Source: Chiloscyllium plagiosum
Taxonomy: Eukaryota
DNA length: 64,000 bases
Assembly (NCBI RefSeq): GCF_004010195.1
Contig: NC_057720.1
Location: 11,635,510 to 11,699,509, forward strand
Direction: 5' to 3'
Position numbers and translations under genes: made by a program. How positions within the stretch are numbered: position 1 is the first letter of the stretch; each line of letters begins with the position of its first letter. Shown here one piece after another: positions 51,766-64,000 of the stretch. A model generated the notes under the pieces. The model saw only the letters and a list, made by a program, of their open reading frames with translations. It had not been told where the DNA came from and did no database searches.

Positions 51766-52358
51766 ACTTCTTGCCTATTCTCCCAATGCCCTTTAATTCC
51801 ATTACTAGTCATATCACAGCAGAGCTGAGGGAGCAGAGAAATGATGTTAAACCAAGACCTCATTGGCCTACTTAGTCAGTTATTAAAGATCTCGTGGCTT
51901 TATTCTAAGGCAGTTGTCCCCAGTGTCATGGCCAAATACTTATCCCTCTATAAACAAGGTTAAAACAACAAGTTATGAGAACATTGCTCCATTGCAACTT
52001 CAGAGACCTTGCTCTTTGCAAATTGGCTGCATGTTTCTCAAGAAAGCTTCACAAAAACTTATTCACTAGCCTTGCACCACTTTGGGGCATCCCAAGGTCA
52101 CGAAAGGCACTACGTAAATGCACATTCTCTCATTTAATTTCCCACTGCTACTTCTGCACAATGCAGACAACAAAAACAAATGCATTTTCCATCCTACATT
52201 TACTGGGTTATGAACGCCCCATACAAAATTGTTGCAGCTTGACAGAAAACAAGAATAAGGAAAAACAGAAAGGACTGGAGAAACCTCAGCAGGTTTGATA
52301 CCATTTCTGGAGACAGAAATAGAGTTATCACTGCTGCAGATATGAAGGGAGTCTCAAC

Positions 52359-53494
52359 ATGATGGCTATTGGCACCCTCACCTAGAGAAGCCATGATGGC
52401 TATTGGTACCCTTGCCTGGAGAAGCCATGATGGCTATTGGTACCCTCACCTGGAGAAGTTATGATGGCTATTGGTACCCTCACCTGGAGAAGTTATGATG
52501 GTTATTGGCACCCTCACCTGGAGAAGCCATGATGGTTATTGGTACCCTCACCTGGAGTAGTTATGATGGCTATTGGCACCTTCACCTGGAGAAGCCATGA
52601 TGGTTATTGGTACCCTTGCCTGGAGAAGCCATGATGGTTATTGGCACCCTCACCTGAAGAAGCCATGATGGTTATTGGCACCTTCACCTGGAGAAGCCAT
52701 GATGGTTATTGGCACCTTCACCTGGAGAAGCCATGATGGTTATTGGCACCTTCACCTGGAGAAGCCATGATGGTTATTGGCACCTTCACCTGGAGAAGCC
52801 ATGATGGTTATTGGCACCTGGCTATTGGCACCTTCACCTGGAGACGCCATGATGGTTATTGGCACCCTCACCTGAAGAAGCCATGATGGTTATTGGCACC
52901 CTCACCTGGAGAAGTTATGATGGTTATTGGCACCTTCACCTGGAGAAGCCATGATGGTTATTGGTACCCTCACCTGGAGAAGCCATGATGGCTATAGGTA
53001 CCATCACCTGGAGAAGCCATGTTGGTTATTGGTACCATCACCTGCAGAAGCCATGATGGCTATTGGTACTCTCACCTGGAGAAGCCATGATGGCTATTGG
53101 TACTCTCACCTGGAGAAGCCATGATGGTTATTGGCACACTCACCTGGAGAAGCCATGATGGTTATTGGTACCCTCACCTGGAGAAGCCATGATGGCTATT
53201 GGCACCTTCACCTGGAGAAGCCATGATGGCTATAGGTACCATCACCTGGAGAAGCCATGTTGGTTATTGGTACCCTCACCTGCAGAAGCCATGATGGCTA
53301 TTGATACTCTCACCTGGAGAAGCTATGATGGCTATTGGTACTCCCACCTGGAGAAGCCAGGATGGTTATTGGCACCCTCACCTGGAGAGGCCATGACGGT
53401 TTTTGGCACCCTCACCTGGAGAAGCCATGATGGTTATTGGCAGCCTCATCTGGAGAAGCCATGGTGGTTTTTGGCACCCTCACCTGGAGAAACC
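52359..53494. repeat. 34-bp minisatellite, about 33 copies (atgatggytattggyaccytcacctggagaagcc)
   Basis: Direct reading; unit starts at 52359, 52393, 52427 and onward. Confidence 0.97.
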
Positions 53495-54189
53495 AGGAGG
53501 CAGCTGATGCAAAAATGGGATTGAGAAAATATCACACACTTGTTGGAGGGGTTATTTTAGAACTCGGGGCCAAGCAGCCTCAGAGGAGCAGAGTAAAGCA
53601 ATCGTTAATTTGCATCTAACTGCATCACGGTTGCATCTGACCTGGAGTATTCAGTGCCAAAACCAGGCTTCCAAAATGGAAAGAGTGAAAGTCCCCAGCA
53701 GGAACATCTCTCACCTTCAGTACAAGATGATTAAAATCCAGCACTGTGTCTGCAGCCTTATTAACACAAGGACTGAAGCCAACTAATTAAACCAAAGTTC
53801 AGCTATTGACTTTAATCCAAAGTCAATGTTGTCACTTCATCAAATTTTTCGGCCGCCTTTTATTTGTGAACACTGATGGAAAATTTTATAGTCACAAACT
53901 TTGCCAGTAAAATTCCATTGAAAGTTATTCATCACTCAGGCTTCATATTTATTCGCTTTCAAAAACCTGTTTTAATATATGGGCTAACCGAATTTCACAA
54001 GGATGACCTGGTTAAGATGGAGAAATTGCTTTTAAAAAATGAGCATTTTTATGACTTCACCCATGATTCATATCAAATTGATAATCCAAAAATCAGTATG
54101 GGATCAGCAGAGATTTCATTTGATCGAATATCTGAAAGATCGAAGTTATGGATTTTTGGTTCTTAACCACTGACTCCATTCATATCTAA

Positions 54190-55015
54190 GATTACAAAGA
54201 GATCTTGATCAATTGGGTCAATGGACTGAGGAGAGGCAGACGGTGTTTAATTTGGATAAATGTGAGGCATTGCATTTGGTAAAACAAACAAGGGCTAGAC
54301 TTATACAATTAAAAGTAGGGCCCTGAATAGTGTTGTAAAACAGAGAGACCTAAAGGTTCAGATGCATAATTCTTTGAAAATTACATTGAAGGTAGACAGG
54401 ATGATTTAAAAGGCATTTAGCAGCACACTTGCATTCATTGCTCAGACCTTTGAGTAAAGGAGTTGAGACGTTATGTTGAGGTTATACAGGAAACTGCTGA
54501 AATTTCGTCTGGGGTACTGTATGCTGTTCTGCTTGCCCTGCTATAGGAAAGCTATTATTAAACTGAAAAGATTTATCAGATTGCTGCCAGGAACAGAGGG
54601 TGAGTTGTAAGGAGAGGCTGGATAGGCTGGGATGGTTTTCACTGGAGCGTAGGAGGCTGAGGGGTGACCTTCTAGAGGTTTATAAAATCATCAGGCGCAT
54701 AGATAAGGTGAGAGCACCTTTTCCCTAAGGTGGGCAAGTTCAAAATCAGGGGACATATTTTTAAGGTGAGAGGAGAAAGATTTAAAAAGGACATGAGGGA
54801 CAACAGAGAGTGGTTAGTGTAGTGGAATAAACTCCCAGAAAAAGTGGTGGATACAGGTACAGTCATAACAATTAAAAGTCATTGGATAAGTACATGAATA
54901 AGAAAGGTTTGGAGGGATATGGGCCAACGCAGGCAGGTGGGATTAGTTTAGTTTGGGAACATGGTCAGCATGGACTGGTTGGACCGAAGGGTCTGATTCC
55001 GTGTTGTATGACTCT
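54190..55015 (+). mobile_element. CR1 LINE 3' fragment
   Basis: Same family as 14780-15520, with stops. Confidence 0.88.
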
Positions 55016-55139
55016 ACCTCCTTGGTAAGAGAGTAAGCCAGTCTATTCACAATCCTGGTAACAACTTTGACCCAAAGACAAGATTTCAATCTCATTTCTG
55101 TCCTCTAAGACACCCATTTCCACCTTAGTGACATAGTTT

Positions 55140-55690
55140 GATTTCTCCCCTGACTCAGCATATCTACTGCTGGAACTGCTCATTCATGTCTTTGTTACCT
55201 CAAGACTTAACAGGTCCAATGCAATGGCACATTCTACCCTTGGTTAAGGGATGAAATTGACAACATCCAAAGATCTGCTGCCTGTATCTTAATTTGCACA
55301 AAGTCCTGTTTCCCATTCACTGCTGTGTTCACTGAGCTACACTGACTCTCACTCAAGCAACATCTTGATTTTAAAATTCTCATCCTTGCTTTCAAATGCC
55401 TTAGTGGTACGGCTCCTCCCGATCTCTGCAATCTCCTCCACCCCTACATGCTGACATGTCTGCATGCCTCTATTTCCAGCTTCTTCGATTTTGTTCTGGA
55501 TTAATTTGGCTCCACACTCTGAAATACATTCCACACACTTTCCACTTTTCCTACTCCATGACACCTATTAAACCCCATCATTTTAATTATGGCTTTTGTC
55601 ACATGACCTAATGTGGCTATATTTCATAATCACACTTCACTGCTTAATGCCCAGTAATGCTTTGGAGCATTTCATCACATTACAGGTGTA
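55140..55690 (+). mobile_element. L2-like LINE 3' remnant
   Basis: ctcattcatgtctttgttacctcaagactt...gattttaaaattctcatccttgctttcaaat, resembling the L2 motifs LIHAFVTSRLD and DFKIL. Confidence 0.6.
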
Positions 55691-56446
55691 GTAGAAACAC
55701 AGCTTCTTATGATGGCTGCTCATCTCACTGAATGGCAGAATGAACCAAAATGGTACAGTCATATTATTAGGTTAGTCAAAGCATAGTGCTCTTTATGTGT
55801 TGCAAAAAGTGTCTAGTTTGAGCTAACATGCAGTGAGTGTCATAGGCTTGCAGTACTCTCTACCAGAGGTGGTTTCCTAACCTTAATCTGTGCTCTGTGG
55901 TAGATATCTTCTAATCAGTCTGTTCAGAGACATTACTACTTACCTCTGGAGCAGATGGGACCTGAACTCGTTGTAGACTAACTGATCAAGGTCAATTGCA
56001 AAGACTGACCACAGTTTCATTATTGTTGCATCAGGATTTTTGACGGTGAATTGTCTTGATCTTCCGATGATGGCACAGGATCAGACAGAGGTGTTGGGTC
56101 TTTCCCCATCCATAATCCCTTTGAATGTATATTCCGGTTCTAAACCCCTCAACCTTTACCTCATTCAGAACTGAGTGAGTTATCAACTAAACCACGTTAG
56201 AGGAACAACAATTGGAGAGGTACTATAAAGTGACCAGGAGTCTGTCAGGGCTTTGGCTGTGCACGAAAGAACAGTGCTGACAAGGTCACAAGAAACAGGA
56301 ACAGAGCAGATAATTTGGTCCCTTATCAATCACCATTAAAATTAATTATGGCATAATGCAATCCTATGGCATTACTTGGAATGGAAGAGTTCTCCTTGTA
56401 GTCCTGAAACTCCTATCATATAAGCAAATAATCCGGTTATTTATAA

Positions 56447-56748
56447 GGGGCGGCACGGTGCCTCAGTGGTTAGCACTGCTGCCTCACAGTGTCAGGGACC
56501 GGGTTCGATTCCAGCCTCAGGCGACTGTCTGTGTGGAATTTGCACATTCTTCCCGTGTCTATGTGGCAGTTTCCTCCTACAGTCCAAAGATGTGCAAGTT
56601 AGGTGGATTAGCCATTCTAAATTGCTCAGTGTCCAGGGATGTGCAGGCCAGTTGGATTAGCCATGGGTAAATGGGAGGTGGGTCTTTGGAGGGTTGACGT
56701 AGACTTGATGGGTCAAATGGCCTGCTTCCACACTTTAGAGATTCTATA
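56447..56748 (+). mobile_element. HE1-type SINE
   Basis: A box and B box ggttcgattcc. Confidence 0.85.
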
Positions 56749-57152
56749 ATTTTGCTACTACTCGTAGATTCTTGCTATGCTTACTCGGACTGTCACGTTT
56801 CCTCCACTGCAGGATCACATTTCAAAAGTAGTTCATTGGCTGTGAAATGAATTGGGATTTCATCTCCAAAAGGCAGTGACGATAGAAGTTTAACATTCTT
56901 CCCATCACGTGGCCGGTCAGCAATCTCTCCTGCTCTCACCACCTGCCACTGGGTGCTCATGGGAAGGATTTGCAGGCTGACAGTCAGGCTGTTTGACTGT
57001 GTTATCAATTCACCTTCCTGAGCCATCAGGTCTCGGGTTGGGGCCAGAGCCTGAAGAAGCTTTTGATCAGAGGCAGGGGTCACTGCACACTGCGGTCCTC
57101 AACAGAACTGACTGCCAACCCAACCCTTACTGCCCTTCTGAGATGCAACTCA

Positions 57153-57500
57153 GGGTGGCACGGTGGCTCACTGGTTATCACTGCTGCCTCACAGCGTCAG
57201 GAACCCGGGTTCGATTCCAGCCTCAGGTGACTGTCTGTGTGGAGTTTGCACATTCTCCCCGTGTCTGCGTGGGTTTCGTCCTGGTGCTCCGGTTTCCTCC
57301 CACAGACCAAAGATGTGCAGGTTAGACGAATTGTCCATGTTAAATTGCCCGTAGTGTTTGGGGATGTGTAGGTTAGGTGCATTAGTCAGGGGTAAATATA
57401 GGATAATAGGGTAGGGGAATGGGTCTGGGTGGGTTACTCTTTGGAGGGTCAGTGTGGACTTATCGGGCCAAAGGGCCTGTATCCAGACTGTAGGGATTCT
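57153..57500 (+). mobile_element. HE1-type SINE
   Basis: A and B boxes with the full body. Confidence 0.88.
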
Positions 57501-57544
57501 GCGACCATAACTAACAGCACCAACTTGGAGGTAAGGCCATAAGG

Positions 57545-57990
57545 CCTTAAGACATAGGAGCGGAAGTAAGCCATTCGGCCCATCGAGTCCACTCCGTCAT
57601 TCAATCATGGCTGATGGGCATTTCAACTCCACTTACGCGCATTCTCCCCCTAGCCCTTAATTCCTTGTGACATCAAGAATTTATCAATCTCTGCCTTGAA
57701 GACATTTAGCGTCCCAGCCTCCACTGCACTCTGCGGCAATGAATTCCACAGGTCCACCACTCTCTGGCTGAAGAAATGTCTCCGCATTTCTGTTCTGAAT
57801 TTACCCCCTCTAATTCTAAGGCTGTATCCACGGGTCCTAGTCTCCTCGTCTAACGGAAACAATTTCCTAGCGTCCACCCTCTCCAAGCCATGTATTATCT
57901 TGTAAGTTTCTATTAGATCTCCCCTTAGTCTTCTAAATTCCAATGAATACAATCCCAGGATCGTCAGCCGTTCCTTGTATGTTAAGCCAC
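57545..57990 (-). mobile_element. CR1-type LINE 3' end (distinct subfamily)
   Basis: ORF 57650-57952: YSLEFRRLRGDLIETYKI...FFSQRVVDLWNSLP. Confidence 0.9.
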
Positions 57991-58320
57991 GGATCTTTGG
58001 GTTCTTCAGTCTGACTCTGGATCAGAGGGTGGAATCCTCAATATTCTGTGACAGTTCATGATTCCATCCTCACTCCAGCAATTGGAAAATCCAACTCCTA
58101 GCTTTCCTGTCTAACCCTTAACACAACTGAGCCTGACGATATGGTTATAGAAAGGTTTGTGCTAATATAGGAAAGCCCATTCCATTTTACTGCCAATGGA
58201 GTAATTTCAAAATGTTATCACTGTTGCAATGGAGGAAACAAGACAGTTAGATCATAGAAGCAGCAAGATGAACGATCAGATTACTTGCTAATGTCATGGA
58301 ATCAGAGATCATATAGCACA

Positions 58321-59543
58321 GATGACTGGAGGATAGCAAATGTGGTTCCCCTGTTCAAGAAGGGGAGTAGAGACAATCCTGGTATTATAGACCAGTGAGC
58401 CTATCTTCAGTTGTTGGTAAAGTATTGGAAAAGGTTATAAGAGATAGGATTTATAATCATCGAGAAAAGAATAATTTGATTAGGGATAGTCAGCACAGTT
58501 TTGTGAAGGGTAAATCGTGCCTCACAAACTTACTGAGTTCTTTGAGAAGGTGACCAAACAGGTAAATGAGAGTAAACCGGTTGATGTGGTGTATATGGAT
58601 TTCTGCAAGGCGTTCGATAAGGTTCCCCACAGTAGGCTGTTGTACAAAATACGGAGGAATGGGATTGTGGGAGATGTAGCAGTTTGGATCAGCAATTGGC
58701 TTGTTGAAAGAAGACAGAGGGTGATGGTTGATGGAAAATGTTCATCCTGGAGTCCAGTAACTAGTGGTGCACCGCAAGGGTCGGCAGTGGGTCCACTGCT
58801 GTTCGTCACTTTTATAAACGACCTGGTTGAGGGCGTAGAAGGGTGCGTTAGTAAATGTGCAGATGACACTAAGGTCGGTGGAGTTGTGGATAGTGATGAA
58901 GGATGTTGTAGGTTACAGAGAGACATAGATAAGCTGTAGAGCTGGGCTGAGAGGTGGCAAATAGAGTTTAATGCAGATAAGAGTAAGGTGATTCACTTTG
59001 GTCGGAGTAACCGGAATGCAAAGTACTGGGCTAATGGTAAGATTCTTGATAGTGTAGATGAGCAGAGAGATATCGGTGTCCAGGTACACAGATCCTTGAA
59101 AGTTGCCACCCAGGTTGACAGGGTTNNNNNNNNNNNNNNNNNNNNNNNNNNNNNNNNNNNNNNNNNNGAGAGAAGGAGGTTGAGAGGTGACTTAATAGAG
59201 ACATATAAGATAATCAGAGGGTTAGATAGGGTGGACAGGGAGAGCCTTTTTCCAAGTATGGTGACTGCAAGCACGAGAGGGCATAGCTTTAAATTGAGGG
59301 GTGATAGATATAGGACAGATGTCAGAGGTAGTTTCTTTTCTCAGAGAGGAGTAAGGGTATGGAATGCTTTGCCTGCAATGGTAGTAGATTCGCCGACTTT
59401 AAGTGCACTTAAGTCGTCATTGGACAAGCATATGGACGTACATGGAATAGTGTAGGTAAGATGGGCTTCAGATTGGTATGACAGGTCGGCGCAACATCGA
59501 GGGCCGAAGGGCCTGTACTGCGCTGTAATGTTCTATGTTCTAT
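58321..59543 (+). mobile_element. Relatively young CR1 LINE RT plus 3' end, with an N gap at 59126-59167
   Basis: [17 protein letters not shown]...[13 protein letters not shown]...ADDTK; tail tgttctatgttcta. Confidence 0.93.
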
Positions 59544-59566
59544 AGATACAGACCTTTCGGTCCAAC

Positions 59567-59661
59567 ACAAAACAGAAACTGCTGGAAAAGCTCAGCAGTC
59601 TGGAAGCATCTGTGGAAAGAAATCAGAGTTAATGTTTCTGGTCCGATGACACTTCCTCAGA
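59567..59661 (-). mobile_element. PLE-like fragment (family 2) inside a CR1 tail
   Basis: 15-bp imperfect TSD (acctttcggtccaac at 59552-59566 and acccttcagtccaac at 59662-59676). Confidence 0.6.
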
Positions 59662-60006
59662 ACCCTTCAGTCCAACTCAACCGTGTCGACCAAATTTCCT
59701 AAACTAACCTAACCCCAGGACACAAGGAGAACTCCTCCATTTTATTCCAAATAATGCCCTGGGATTTCATAGGTCCATCCAAGAGGTCAAGTAGGTCCTT
59801 AACTTGACATCTCAACCCAAAGGTGGGGCCTCCAGCCCTCTCAGCACTGTATCCAAGTGTCGGCTGGATTACAGAGACAAGCTTCTGCAGCGGACCTTGG
59901 TCCCTGCAACATTCTGACTCAGAGACAACAGTGCAACTGACTCAGCCACAGCTAACTCCTTTAAAGGAATAATCCATGAGAATACCCCTGCATCAAGGCT
60001 ACTCAC

Positions 60007-60117
60007 CAGGTCGTTCATGTTATTCTGACTCGCTGGGTGAATATCTTCTAAAAACTCCAGGAGATAATAAGTGTATCTGTCCATCAGGTGGACCCCAATA
60101 GCGAGATCTGGCTGATG
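60007..60117 (-). CDS. PIGK: PIGK coding exon (111 bp, phase 0-0)
   Basis: ctttgtgttag|CAT...CTG|gtgagt; translates to HQPDLAIGVHLMDRYTYYLLEFLEDIHPASQNNMNDL, in frame with the preceding exon. Confidence 0.97.
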
Positions 60118-61425
60118 CTAACACAAAGGTGATAAAGTGTTAATAGATCATTGAGAAAACTGAGATTTGTATCAAGATGAAAGCCCTGTGACATACCTAG
60201 AGGTCAAACTTCACCAAAGAAAAATTCGTCTCACCTCAGGCTACAGCCCTCATGAACTAACCAGTCTCTGCTAACTATAACATCTTCCTTTAACAAACAG
60301 AGTGATGCTGAAGAATCTCAAAAGGTGTGGCAGCATTCATGGAGAGAGAGAAACTAAATTAACATTTCACATTCAGTACCACTCTCTTTCAGAACTCAAG
60401 AACATATTGGACTCAAAACACTCTTCACGGATGCTATCAGTCCTGCTGAGATTCTCTGTTTCAGACTTCCGACATCCGCGGTATTTTGGTTTATTCAAAC
60501 ATTTTCCTTTAATTAGCCAGCATTTATTGCCCATCCCCAACTTCCCCGGAGAAACTGTCTTCTTGGACCACTGTAGTCCTTGCCCTGAGACACCCTCAAT
60601 GCTGTTTGGAAGGAAGAGAATTCCAGGATTTTGACCTAGCAACAGCGAAGGAACTGCAATAAAGTTCCAAGCCAGGACGGGGTGAGGGGCTTAGAGGAGA
60701 TCTTGTTAAGTTGTAAAGGCCTTAGAAAGAGTAATGGATGTGGGCACAGTTATAACACTTACAAGTACATGAATAGGAAATGTTTGGAGGGATATGGCCA
60801 GGAGCAAGCAGGTGGGACTAGTTTAGTTTGGGATTATGTTCGGCATGGACTGGTTGGAACGAAGGGTCTGTATCCTGCTTTATGACACTATGACTTTATG
60901 ACAAAGGGCTTCAGGTTATGAGGGGAGGTCTGAATAGTTAAGGCTGCTCTGCTTGTAACAGAGAAAGATAAGAAGCGATTGAACAGACGCTGCTGAGATG
61001 AGAGGTTTTGAGAGAGCAAATCCTGGAAGACATTCTCTTGCGCTGAGTGGGTGAACAACCAGAATGCAGAGATTTATAATCACTGATGAGAAATCTAGAG
61101 GGAAGATAAAGAGAAATGTTTTCACTCAGGGTTACTTGAGGTGTTGCAAGCTGCTTCTATTAATAGGAGTTGGACAGGCAGCTGAAGATGACAAATTCAC
61201 AAAGTTATGGACAAAATGAGGAGGCGTGGGATGAAGCAGGACCGCTCTTTCGAGAGCCACCGCAAAGGTAAGGGGCTGAACAGCCTCTTTTCCTGTGCTG
61301 TCAGATTCTACGATGTCAGGAAGCAGGAGTCTCTGCCTTATCTCTGGTCAGGTCCACATTTTTCCAACGGCCCTGTTTCTACACAGTTATCATTAAGCAT
61401 ATACTGAACAGAGCTGGAAACTTAC

Positions 61426-61543
61426 TGAGAGTGAGTCTTCCCCGATCTGACTGCTGGCCAGAGCCAGAATGTTTGGAGAGTAAAATTTCTCATACATGGA
61501 GGCCCCCTGGCAAGTGTCGATGATGAAAAGCAATTCATGGTAC
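61426..61543 (-). CDS. PIGK: PIGK coding exon (118 bp; probably orthologous to mammalian exon 7) containing the catalytic cysteine
   Basis: Minus strand reads tttgctttctccag|G TAC CAT...CTC TCA|gtaagt and translates to YHELLFIIDTCQGASMYEKFYSPNILALASSQIGEDSLS. Recognised as GPI8/PIGK (peptidase C13 family) with the DTCQ motif. Confidence 0.97.
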
Positions 61544-62118
61544 CTGGAGAAAGCAAACACTCATCAGTTTCCTTTCATTCGGAGCATCAAACAGGTCCCC
61601 GCAGTCTCCCCTTCCTCAGAGACCATCAAAGCAGGAAAGCAAATTGCCAGCAGTAATGAAAGAAGCTGCATTTATATAGCCAAAACCTCAAGACATCCAA
61701 AGAGCTTAACACCAGAGGTACTCTGGGAGAGAAATCGTTGGAAATATGACGACCAAACTGTCACACAGTAAGCTCCCACAAACAGCTGCAGTGCCATAAG
61801 ATTTTTCACACCAACTTTAGGGAGCATCAATTTAACATTTTGTTCAAAAGACAGTGCCTTTGACATGGTAGCATTCCCTCAGTTTGAGTTTAAAACTGGA
61901 CGTTTCATTGATGTTAGGAGACATGAAAATAATATACAAAAATAAAAATTGCCCAGAGGGCTAACAGAATGGGATGCTAACCTCAGACGGAGATCAAACC
62001 GTCAGTTACTCAGCAGCCTCAGGAATGCTGGTTATTCTGCCTTGTCCATTTCCTGCTTCCTAGTCAGCTGGTGCCTCCACCTCTCACACTCCTTCATGCA
62101 CATTGCACAAACAGCACA

Positions 62119-62431
62119 GGCGGCACGGTGGCTCAGTGGTTAGCACTGCTGCCTCACAGTACCAGAGACCCGGGTTCGATTCCAGCCTCAGGCAACTGTC
62201 TGTGTGGAGTTTGCACATTCTCCCCATGTCTGCGTGGGTTTCCTCCGGGTGCTCCGGTTTCCTCCCACAGTCCAAAGATGTGCAGTTCAGGTGAATTGGA
62301 CATGCTAAATTGCCCGTAGTGTTAGATGCGTTAGTCAGAGGGAAATGGGTCTGGGTAGGTTACTCTTCGGAGGGTCAGTGTGGACTTGTTGGGCCAAAAG
62401 GCCTGTTTCCACTCTGTGGGGAATCTAATCT
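62119..62431 (+). mobile_element. HE1-type SINE, full length
   Basis: A box tggctcagtgg, B box ggttcgattcc, tail gaatctaatct. Confidence 0.9.
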
Positions 62432-64000
62432 TAAACCTTGGGTTCATGATAATCTCCGTTGCCACGCTCCTGTTTATACACCAAGATGTTCAGCCACTTA
62501 CATTTCAGGTGCTTAGGGAGGCAACAGCCTAATGGTGTTATCGCTGGACTGTTAACCTGTGAATCCTGCCATGACAGATGGTGGAATGTGAATTCAATAA
62601 AAATCTGGAATTCAGAGTCTATTGTCAATTGTCAGGAAAGCCCCAGCTCATTATTAATGACCAGACCTGAAACTGTCATCCTGACCTGGTCTGGTCTACA
62701 TGTGACTCCAGACCCACGGCAACATGTTAGACTCTCAACTGCCCTCTGGGCAATTAGGGACAGGCAATAAATGCTGCCTGGCCAGCAGCGCCCACACGCT
62801 GTGAATTAAGTTCTCTTAAAAATTCTCTTAAAAATGAGTGCAGTAATCTTGCTGACTGAGGGGGCGTCATTCATCTCCTGCTCCTTCTGCTCCAGGTTGG
62901 GCGGGACATTCGGGAACTTCGATGCTAGCTCTTTAGTTTGAGTCACAAGGGCAGAGATTCAAGTCACACTCCAGAGGCCTGAGCAGAAAAGTCCAGACTG
63001 GCAGCCCACAGCAATACTGAGGGAGGGTTGCCCTGCTGGAGGCGGCAACCTTTGGATGACACATCAAAACTATGCCCCACCTGCTCTTCTCAGATGGAAC
63101 ATACAATCCCTTGACAAACTACAATGAAATAGATATGGGGTCACTGTCAAACTGCAATTTGTGGGAAATTGCTGTGACTGTTTTCCTACATTACAAATGG
63201 CTATTTTGCAAAAGTAACATGCTTTGGGAAGTTCGGAGGTCACGAAAGGCACTACATAAATGCAGGCTTTAATTTCATGCTGCATTGAAGTGTCAGTCTG
63301 CATTAGGCACTCAGGTTTCTGCATAAGATGAACATGCAAATTTCTGACTCAGTGGTAATAATGCCATCACAGAGCCAAGCTGATCTACTGTACACACATT
63401 CAGGCTGAATTTAGCCAGAGTAATTTCGGTTTTCTTTGGTGTCTGAACTACAAGTATTTTCTAAGAAGCTAATGCCCCAGATCAGACACTTGCAGCAGAA
63501 AGTCACTTTCGCAGGTTGTAGAGGTTGAGAAATCACAGCCTGAAGCCCACCTTTGTCTTTAACCTAAATGGATGGGAAGCAGACACTTGAAGCTGTGAGC
63601 TCTCCCAAAGCACTTGCCCGATCAGGAACTAGCTCTGTATCTAAGTGCCACTGTCAATTTTCACCGGTTTTTTCTTTAAGTTCAAAATTCCAATTCATTA
63701 ATTGATCACAGATTGGAGGGAAACAAAAAATCATGCAGCAAGTTATTTGATTTAGTGGAGAAATGTCACAATTTTAAAATGGTCAGTCACCAACATGGTT
63801 TCACTCTGCGCACAGCTAATCAGCGCAGAAGAAACAAGGACAGGAACATAAATCTGGATTTTATTGAACATTTTGAATCATCCATTTCAACTCCAACATC
63901 TGGCCCAGAAGTTGTGGATTTGAGCGTAAATTCGAAGCTGACATTTTGTACAGCAATTAGAGCTACCAGATTGAATGTTAAAATAACGTTCAGGTTTTCC

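Noticed and set aside
52359..53494. CRISPR-like array (34-bp repeat)
   Set aside because: Units are head-to-tail with no unique spacers, there are no cas genes, and the context is a vertebrate intron. It is a minisatellite.
53876..54166. 96-aa plus-strand ORF
   Set aside because: No recognisable homology or splice context; AT-rich chance ORF.
59869..60084. ORF-track start and end for the PIGK segment
   Set aside because: The true exon is 60007-60117; the ORF reads past the gtgagt donor into the intron.
62119..62190. tRNA gene (A and B boxes)
   Set aside because: It is the tRNA-derived head of an HE1-type SINE, repeated about 12 times in the window.

Overview
Repeat-dense vertebrate genomic DNA, most likely from a cartilaginous fish (inferred from HE1-type SINEs, CR1/HER1-like LINEs and Deu-domain SINEs). 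The window lies inside PIGK (GPI8, catalytic subunit of GPI transamidase) on the minus strand. Four coding exons with GT-AG boundaries (61426-61543, 60007-60117, 39705-39877, 16583-16658) splice in frame and include the catalytic Cys motif DTCQ. The first exons and the last (transmembrane) exon were not found and presumably lie outside the window. The introns hold decayed CR1, L2 and Rex1 LINE fragments, three SINE families, two solo-LTR-like repeats, two minisatellites and two assembly gaps. The most striking structure is a set of about 15 short Penelope-like (PLE) terminal-repeat insertions from three families. They are often fold-back palindromes with 8-16 bp target-site duplications (TSDs), and they carry minimal hammerhead ribozyme motifs. 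Two copies have an intact core in the PIGK pre-mRNA orientation. Exon coordinates were read base by base; most repeat boundaries are approximate, and family names come from recognition, not from a database search.
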